Below are positions 7,315-13,074 of a stretch of DNA of 35,076 bases, in pieces (positions within the stretch are counted from its first letter, which is position 1; each line of letters starts with the position of its first letter). A program made the position numbers and the translations under genes. The notes under the pieces were generated by a model. That model had not been told where the DNA came from and ran no database searches. It was given only the letters and a program-made list of their open reading frames with translations. The stretch comes from a virus: positions 1 through 35,076 of the IMG/VR virus record IMGVR_UViG_3300031760_000286. One strand, given 5' to 3'.

Positions 7315-7327
7315 TTCAGCGGCTGAA
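7315..7327. promoter_or_regulatory. 13-bp palindrome TTCAGC-G-GCTGAA; candidate operator
   Basis: Perfect inverted repeat forming the only GC-rich patch in the AT-rich 7198-7363 spacer. T-runs flank it. Confidence 0.35.
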
Positions 7328-7363
7328 CTTTTTAGAGAACAATAAACAATAAATTAAATAGTT

Positions 7364-7732
7364 ATGAATGAAAAATTTTTTCTTGACAGCGCGAAATTGG
7401 CAGAAATTTTGCGTTTTTACAGGCTAAAAATCGTAGAATTAAACCAAAAAATTGGCGCTAAAAACCGCGAACTATACCAAATATCGGCAGGCAACCAGCA
7501 GGAGTTCTCGCGTGACATGCTCAAGGCCATAGCAAAGCATTGCCCCGAGGTCTCGCCCTACTGGCTCATCACGGGTGAAGGCTCCATGCTGGCAGGCACG
7601 GCGGCACATCACAACGCCGTGGCCTCCGACCACTCCACGGCCACCGTGACGGAGAACGGCGGCGGCATCATAGAAAGCCAGCAGGCCACTATCGACCGCC
7701 TCTCGCGCATCATTGAAAAGCTGACACGATGA
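7364..7732 (+). CDS. CI-type phage repressor (Phage_CI_repr-like HTH)
   Basis: The N-terminal HTH ends in the family-typical SPYWLITGEGSM motif. The gene is divergent from the early operon and coupled to int by an ATGA overlap. Confidence 0.7.
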   Translation: MNEKFFLDSAKLAEILRFYRLKIVELNQKIGAKNRELYQISAGNQQEFSRDMLKAIAKHCPEVSPYWLITGEGSMLAGTAAHHNAVASDHSTATVTENGGGIIESQQATIDRLSRIIEKLTR

Positions 7733-8943
7733 CGACACGCTACTCCGTAACCTTCGCCCTGCTGCCGCGACCGCTACGCGACGGCACACACAGCGTCGCC
7801 CTCACCGTCACTTGGTGCCGCCAACGCTACCGCCACACCCTCGCCGTATCATGCCCTCCCGACAGCTGGGATGCAGCACGCCAGCTGGCACGCCCTCGCG
7901 GCACCTTCCGCGACGTCGCCGCCGTCAACAGCGCCGTCCTCGACGCACGCCAGCAGGTGGACGGCCTCTTCGCCCGCCTCGCCGCCGAAGGACGCACACC
8001 CACACCCCACGACCTCGACGGCCTCTTCACGGCTACTAAACGGCTACAAGACCGCATGACGGTGGCCGACGCCATCGCCGCCTTCATGGAAGAGCAACAG
8101 CGCGAACGCGGATGGCAACCTGCCACGGCCGCAAAATTCGGCATGCTGCACCGCGAACTCACCGCCAGCGGCACTACCTACGCCGACGAGATAGACGACG
8201 CAGCACGCGCGAGATTTATAGACCTCCACACCGCACACGGCATCCGCAACACGACCCTCGCTAAGAAGGTGGCCATCCTCAACTGGTTCTTGCGCTGGAG
8301 CAACGGCCGCGGCTACACCTCCTGCCCCGTCAAGCCCCTGCACCTCCGCACCGTGCCGCGAGCCGTCACATATCTTGAGTGGGATGAGCTCATGCACCTC
8401 TACACCTTCAACTACGGCGACCACGCCGCCCTCTCCCACGTCCGCGACATCTTCTGCCTCTGCGCCTTCACAGGGCTGCGCTACTCCGACGCGGCGGCTC
8501 TACGCTGGCACGACGTCACCGACGACAGCCTCCGCGTCGTCACGCAGAAGACCGCCGACCCTCTCGACATACCACTAAATAAATACGCGCGCGCGATAAT
8601 AGATAAGTACCGAGGCACGCAAGGCCGCGTCCTGCATGCGCCCACCAACCAAGCCGCCAACCGACTGCTCAAGGACGCCGCCCTTCTGGCACAGCTCGAC
8701 CGCACCGTGCGGCAGGTGTACTTCCGAGGCAACGAACGCCACGAAGAGGCGCTGCTGCTCTTCGAGGACTTCACCACCCACTACGCACGACGCACCTTCG
8801 TCGTTCATGCCCTCCGGCTCGGCATACCATCCGAAATTATCACGCGCTTTACAGGCCACAACAGCCTCCAAACCATGAAGCCCTACGTCGCCATCGTCGA
8901 CGAACTCAAGGCCACCGCCATGCATCGCTTCGATGAGGTGTAG
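7729..8943 (+). CDS. int: Tyrosine recombinase / phage integrase (Bacteroidota type)
   Basis: 404 aa. The C-terminal catalytic region reads HYARRTFVVHALRLGIPSEIITRFTGHNSLQTMKPYV (HxxR..GH..Y). A SAM-like core-binding region is present (IAAFMEEQQRERGWQPATAAKF). Confidence 0.85.
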   Translation: MTTRYSVTFALLPRPLRDGTHSVALTVTWCRQRYRHTLAVSCPPDSWDAARQLARPRGTFRDVAAVNSAVLDARQQVDGLFARLAAEGRTPTPHDLDGLFTATKRLQDRMTVADAIAAFMEEQQRERGWQPATAAKFGMLHRELTASGTTYADEIDDAARARFIDLHTAHGIRNTTLAKKVAILNWFLRWSNGRGYTSCPVKPLHLRTVPRAVTYLEWDELMHLYTFNYGDHAALSHVRDIFCLCAFTGLRYSDAAALRWHDVTDDSLRVVTQKTADPLDIPLNKYARAIIDKYRGTQGRVLHAPTNQAANRLLKDAALLAQLDRTVRQVYFRGNERHEEALLLFEDFTTHYARRTFVVHALRLGIPSEIITRFTGHNSLQTMKPYVAIVDELKATAMHRFDEV

Positions 8944-8951
8944 CCGCCCTT

Positions 8952-8972
8952 TTGCCAAAAAATTGCCAACAA
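8952..8972 (+). repeat. 21-bp direct repeat copy 1 (TTGCCAAAAAATTGCCAACAA); candidate integrase arm-type site
   Basis: 19/21 identical to 9138-9158. Each copy is itself an internal TTGCCAA doublet. Confidence 0.5.
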
Positions 8973-9011
8973 CAAACGGCAACCGATTGAATATCAGTCG
9001 CCGTTTGTTGT
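8969..9011 (+). terminator. 12-bp stem hairpin immediately after int (terminator or attP-associated inverted repeat)
   Basis: 8969-8980 ACAACAAACGGC pairs with 9000-9011 GCCGTTTGTTGT across a 19-nt loop. No clear U-tract. Confidence 0.4.
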
Positions 9012-9122
9012 CCCACCAGGACTTAAGTGTTTTGTTGCGTGGTGTTACGCAATGTTGCAGACATGCTGACAATCAGCAGTAAAATGTGCTGCCGTCGCCG
9101 ACTTTGTTTCAAAACGTTGCTA

Positions 9123-9521
9123 TTATCTATAAAAAAGTTGCCAAAATTTTGCCAACAAGACAGCCAGCAGCACCACCAGCGCCGCCACTCCCGACCACAT
9201 GAGAGCCTTCTGCCACCATGACAGCGGCTTGGCGACCTCCACGGTCTCGGTAACGGTAGTGACTACAGGCTTCTCGATATAGCGGTAGGCAGTGTCTATC
9301 TTGGTCACAATTTTTGACTTGGTCACTTCATTTGTGACAAAGATGGTGTCGCCCTTCACCTCGACGGTGTGCCAGCGGTCGATGTAGGTGCTGTCGTGGA
9401 GAAAAATTTTTTGCCTGATGGTGTCATGCACCTCGACGGGCACCTGCTCGATGACGCGGACGGTACGACAGGAGCAACACAAGACCGAGGCCAGCAAGAC
9501 GATAAAGAACACTCTCGTCAT
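9123..9521 (-). CDS. Unimolecular-spanin-like protein (N-terminal lipoprotein-type signal plus C-terminal TM helix)
   Basis: 132 aa. It starts MTRVFFIVLLASVLCCSC and ends in the TM segment WSGVAALVVLLAVLLAKFW. Its start overlaps the stop of the DUF5675 gene. Confidence 0.5.
   Translation of the reverse strand: MTRVFFIVLLASVLCCSCRTVRVIEQVPVEVHDTIRQKIFLHDSTYIDRWHTVEVKGDTIFVTNEVTKSKIVTKIDTAYRYIEKPVVTTVTETVEVAKPLSWWQKALMWSGVAALVVLLAVLLAKFWQLFYR
9138..9158 (+). repeat. 21-bp direct repeat copy 2 (TTGCCAAAATTTTGCCAACAA)
   Basis: See 8952-8972. This copy overlaps the 3' end of the 9123..9521 gene. Confidence 0.5.
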
Positions 9522-9988
9522 ACCACCTCCACCTCTACCTTCTCGCCGCGATGCTCGGCAGCCATGACACGCGCCACGATGGCGTCCATGTAGATGCGGT
9601 TGCCGTCAAGCCTCCCGACGATGTTGTTCTTTCCGAGCAGGATGCAGCCCTCGCTGTGGTCTGCCGTCATGCCGTTGTGCATGAGTATGCCGGTGAAGCC
9701 AGGCACGCGGAGCAGCCGCACCACGTAGGAGTTAAACTTTGGCCAATAGTACGAGCACGCGTCATAGCGCCCCGTCGGTATGGCCGTCTTGCTCGGCACC
9801 TTGTCGATAGAGGTGTTGTCATGCCTCAACCAATAGCCCTTATTGCCGCCTGTCGAGACGAAGGGCATCACCTGCGTGGCTCCTCGGTCGGTGTCCTCGA
9901 GGCTGTCGCAAAAGGCTTTGCCGTCGATGCTCACTTTGCCGACGGTGTAGGCGTTCTTTCGCGCCTTGCGTTCTACCTTAATCAGCAT
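9518..9988 (-). CDS. DUF5675-like protein (YkuD-like H..SxGC motif); candidate endolysin
   Basis: YTVGKVSIDGKAFCDSLEDTDRG..TAIPTGRY..VPGFTGILMHNGMTADHSEGCILLG matches my memory of the Bacteroidota DUF5675 family. It lies upstream of the spanin-like gene. Confidence 0.5.
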   Translation of the reverse strand: MLIKVERKARKNAYTVGKVSIDGKAFCDSLEDTDRGATQVMPFVSTGGNKGYWLRHDNTSIDKVPSKTAIPTGRYDACSYYWPKFNSYVVRLLRVPGFTGILMHNGMTADHSEGCILLGKNNIVGRLDGNRIYMDAIVARVMAAEHRGEKVEVEVV

Positions 9989-10241
9989 CGCCCAGCAGTC
10001 TTTCGTACTCCTTCCAGTCGTAGCTCTCGCTGTCGTGGTCGGCCATGATGTCGGCCTTCACCTCTTCGATGGTGGGCTTGCGGGTGTAGTCGACGCACTT
10101 GTACGTGTAGCCCATGCCGGCGCCTTCGCACTCTTCGGACGGCTCTTCGTGGCAGTCCCACACGATGCACCAGTGCTGCCTCTTTTCGTCGGTGCAGCGC
10201 ACCACGGGCAGCTCGTCAGTACCTGAATGAATAATGTACAT
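9978..10241 (-). CDS. Hypothetical acidic Cys-rich protein (87 aa) directly downstream of the RT
   Basis: ORF located 13 nt after the RT stop. Confidence 0.4.
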   Translation of the reverse strand: MYIIHSGTDELPVVRCTDEKRQHWCIVWDCHEEPSEECEGAGMGYTYKCVDYTRKPTIEEVKADIMADHDSESYDWKEYERLLGDAD

Positions 10242-10254
10242 AATTTGTTGATTT

Positions 10255-11559
10255 TTAAGTGAAACAATATTTTTTCTTTCCTTCTCCGAAGGTCTTTCTC
10301 CGTATCACCGTGCGAAAAGGTATCGCACCGGCCTCGCGCGTCTTGTCGAGTATCTGCTTCATCTCTTCGCTGTTGGTGAAAAACTTAAACTCTTTGGCAT
10401 TCTCGTCTTCTACAAGCACGAGATATCTGTCGCCGCCCTCCTTCGTGGTAACGCCCGTCTCGTAGTCCTTGACGATGATACGCGTATTCTGTAAGTCGTC
10501 GAGCCTCACCGTGGGGCACTCGTAACGCTTTTTGCCGTCGGCAGCGACATAAGATATGCCGAGCTCACTAAAATCTTTCATATTGTAGCCTGTTAGTGTC
10601 TTGAATAGATGTTTTGCGTGGGCGTGCTTCGCCCATCCATAGAACGAGCCCAAGAGCTCTCGTTTCCTCCGGCGGCTCTTGACATCACGCCAGTGGCGTA
10701 TGAAGCGCTGCTTTATGTGCTTGCGCAGCGCTATACGGCCGTCACCGTGGATGACATAGCCGAGGAAGTCCAGCGGCCTGCTGTCGATGCAGAATATCTG
10801 CTCGTTGCCTTTTATGTCAAGCCCTGCCTCCGCAGCATGGCTGTGGATAGCCTCCTTTGCAGCCGTGAGGTCTTGGGGCGAGTGACCGCCGACAATGATG
10901 TCGTCGCAGTATCGCCAGTAGTACTTACAGCCGAGGCCGTCCTTTATGGCATGGTCTACATATTCGCTCAAATACAGGTTGCCGAAAGTCTGACTTGCTC
11001 GCAGGCCGATGCTGATGCCTTGCGGCAGCATGCGCACGCAGTCCTCAAGTATGGCCACCACCTGCGGCTCTCGGAACTTGCGCCGGATGATGGCCGTCAG
11101 CTTTTCTTGGTCGATACTCTGATAGTACTTGCGGATGTCGCACTTGTAGAACCACATCAACTCGCGGTCTGTCTGCATGGCCTTCTGCATGCGCTTGAGC
11201 AGGTAGAGGCCACCGCGACCTTTGATGCTCGACGCCGTGTCCGTGATGAAGGACGGCAGCAGCCGCTTCTCTATTTCGTTCATGAGGCTGTTGAGGGCTA
11301 TACGGTCGCGCAGCGGTATCGCCTGTATCGTGCGCTCTTTGCCACGTTCTATGATATTAAACTGATGATAGTGGCTGATGCGGAACGTGCCCTCGCGGAG
11401 CTCCTGCTGGAGCTGTGCTATCACCTCCTCGCGGTGGGCGAGCAGCTTCTGTCCCGTCGGGCATGTCTTTCTCATGGTGCCGCGCAGCACATAGTCGAAG
11501 CTCTCGTACAAGTTGCTGTACGAGGATGCCTGCTCTATTATGCCGCCGTAGCTTTTCAT
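10255..11559 (-). CDS. DGR reverse transcriptase with a C-terminal extension of about 110 aa
   Basis: 434 aa. It carries the DGR-diagnostic motif-4 IGxxxSQ (SIGLRASQTFGNLYL) and a catalytic YCDD (YWRYCDDIIV). The TR lies 175 nt upstream. Confidence 0.9.
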   Translation of the reverse strand: MKSYGGIIEQASSYSNLYESFDYVLRGTMRKTCPTGQKLLAHREEVIAQLQQELREGTFRISHYHQFNIIERGKERTIQAIPLRDRIALNSLMNEIEKRLLPSFITDTASSIKGRGGLYLLKRMQKAMQTDRELMWFYKCDIRKYYQSIDQEKLTAIIRRKFREPQVVAILEDCVRMLPQGISIGLRASQTFGNLYLSEYVDHAIKDGLGCKYYWRYCDDIIVGGHSPQDLTAAKEAIHSHAAEAGLDIKGNEQIFCIDSRPLDFLGYVIHGDGRIALRKHIKQRFIRHWRDVKSRRRKRELLGSFYGWAKHAHAKHLFKTLTGYNMKDFSELGISYVAADGKKRYECPTVRLDDLQNTRIIVKDYETGVTTKEGGDRYLVLVEDENAKEFKFFTNSEEMKQILDKTREAGAIPFRTVIRRKTFGEGKKKYCFT

Positions 11560-11734
11560 CAGCCTTCATTCTGTGGGGCTTGCCGTTCTCGCTCGCGCTA
11601 CTGACCGCGCCACCCCGTTGTCCGTTATTTTTCACCTCCGCTTGTGCGGTGTGGTGAGGCTCCGCTCCCTCGGCGTGGCTCGACAATCGCGTTGCCTATG
11701 CCTTGCCGATATATCTCTGGACATTCTCATGATT

Positions 11735-11850
11735 GCGAGGCGCGACCCGTTATTCGCATTCGTATTCGAGGAGTCGTTATTCGCATTCGCGTACGCCACT
11801 CCGCCTTGCGAGTTCGCATTGTTGTACGAGCGCAGGACAACACGCCCACT
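11735..11850 (-). repeat. DGR template repeat (TR) core, 116 nt; homology may continue with an indel to about 11868
   Basis: It aligns without gaps to 11941-12056. Its translation is Asn-rich (YNNANSQGGVAYANANNDSSNTNANNGS) from AAY codons. It contains an internal 15-nt duplication (11748-11762 = 11775-11789). Confidence 0.9.
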
Positions 11851-11873
11851 TCGGGAGCTTCCGCCCATATCTT

Positions 11874-13070
11874 TTATCCTATCGCTGTCGCCGCGAGGAA
11901 CGCGGCGACGCTCTCCGCTTTAACGCAGTGGCCGCGGAAGGCGAGGCGCGACCCGTAACTCGCATACGTCGTCGAGGAGCCGCTACCCGCATCCGCGCAC
12001 GCCACCCCGCCTTGCGAGTACGCACTGGCGCACGAGCGCAGGACAACACGCCCACTGGAACCCGTCATATAGATGCCGTCGCAGAAGCCGTGATGGTCGT
12101 CGCCTCCTGTCTGCGTCGGGTAGGGTATGAGGTCGAGGTTGGCACCGACGACCATGCGCTTGGGGTAGACCCATGTGTTGGGCGTCACCTGCCCCTGCAC
12201 CGTGCGTGTCAAGCCGCTGTTACGGTCGGCAATAGTCCAGTCGTAACCGTTGACGTCAACGTTGTCGACCCACTCGTACTTATTTCCCCACCAATTATCG
12301 AGGCCGAAGAAGTTGATGCTCGACTGATTGCCGTTGACGCTGTTGGTGTCTGTCATGCCGAGGGCGTTGGTGAGGCCAGTGTTCTTGGCATTCGTGGCCG
12401 TACCACTTCCGCAGATGGCCTGCGCGTTGGTGTTGCCGTAGATGGCATAGAAGAGGAAGGCCATGATGTTCTGATGTTCCCAGCGCACGAGGCTGAAGTT
12501 CGCCGAGCGGTTGCGTGCCTTAATCTTGAAGTTGGCCTGCGACACGCTGGCGAGGCTCGCCACGCCGCTGATGCTGCGAAGGAAGCCTGCGCCGCTGTTG
12601 GCGGTCTCCAGCGTCGAGCCGTCGAAAGCCGTCGTCGAGGCAGCCTCATAGGCGCCGATGATGTCGTGCTCCGACCACTCAAGCCAGCTCTCGTCGACCT
12701 TGTAGTCGGCGAAGCCTATCTTCCAAACACCTGCCGACACCTCCACGGCCTGCGTGTAGAGCGTAGGCCGCTGCATGAAGACGTCGCCCTGCGTGCCGTC
12801 GAGCGTGGCCGCCGTGCCGTCGTAGAACTTCGTGCTGTCGTGGTCGTCGAGCTGGCACAGCAGCATCACGCCGTCGGCGACATACTTGCCGAGATAGCGG
12901 TGCGAGTTGGCGCGGATGCGGCGTATCAGCTTGCCGTTGACATCGCCGCCAATCATGGTGGCAGGGTCGCTCACCGTCATGTCAAGCATGATGAAGTTGA
13001 CATGGCTCTTGTCGTGGATGCCGGAGGCTCCTTTGCGGCGGCCTCCGCCCATAGGTATTATCAAGCTCAT
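11874..13070 (-). CDS. DGR target protein: tail-fibre / receptor-binding-like protein with a C-type-lectin (FGE-like) C-terminal fold carrying the VR
   Basis: 398 aa. NWWGNKYEWV and the C-terminal ..GRVVLRSCASAYSQGGVACADAGSGSSTTYASYGSRLAFRG are typical of DGR CLec-fold targets. It lies last in the tail gene block. Confidence 0.8.
   Translation of the reverse strand: MSLIIPMGGGRRKGASGIHDKSHVNFIMLDMTVSDPATMIGGDVNGKLIRRIRANSHRYLGKYVADGVMLLCQLDDHDSTKFYDGTAATLDGTQGDVFMQRPTLYTQAVEVSAGVWKIGFADYKVDESWLEWSEHDIIGAYEAASTTAFDGSTLETANSGAGFLRSISGVASLASVSQANFKIKARNRSANFSLVRWEHQNIMAFLFYAIYGNTNAQAICGSGTATNAKNTGLTNALGMTDTNSVNGNQSSINFFGLDNWWGNKYEWVDNVDVNGYDWTIADRNSGLTRTVQGQVTPNTWVYPKRMVVGANLDLIPYPTQTGGDDHHGFCDGIYMTGSSGRVVLRSCASAYSQGGVACADAGSGSSTTYASYGSRLAFRGHCVKAESVAAFLAATAIG
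11887..11909 (-). other. Perfect 9-bp GC-rich hairpin/cruciform 31 nt downstream of the VR
   Basis: GTCGCCGCG (11887-11895), aggaa, CGCGGCGAC (11901-11909). It lies inside the last 12 codons of the target gene. Confidence 0.7.
11941..12056 (-). repeat. DGR variable repeat (VR), 116 nt
   Basis: It shows 17 mismatches to the TR. Sixteen fall where the TR has A on the coding (minus) strand, so 16 of 28 TR adenines are substituted. One mismatch is at a non-adenine (TR 11764). Confidence 0.9.
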
Positions 13071-13074
13071 AATA

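Noticed and set aside
8944-9122. Search for a tRNA gene or tRNA 3' fragment in the attP candidate region
   Set aside because: I could not find a T-arm/acceptor-like GGTTCGAATCC-type sequence or a cloverleaf by eye. No tRNA is claimed anywhere in the window.
10255-10620. Slightly lower GC in the RT C-terminal extension, as evidence for recent domain acquisition
   Set aside because: Line-by-line counts vary from 38% to 58% and overlap the normal scatter of the genome. This is unlike the sharp 29430-30720 island, so it is not robust without a computed profile.
11357-11686. 109-aa minus-strand ORF considered as a possible Avd accessory gene
   Set aside because: About 200 nt of it overlap the RT N-terminus in another frame. 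Its sequence is Arg/His/Ala-rich, typical of an off-frame reading of GC-rich DNA. It is not predicted to be a helical bundle.
11632-11868. 78-aa ORF (MGGSSRSGRVVLRSYNNANSQGGVAYANANN..) between the target gene and the RT
   Set aside because: It is simply the DGR template repeat read in the VR frame (an Asn-rich AAY template). It has no independent start context and is interpreted as non-coding TR RNA.
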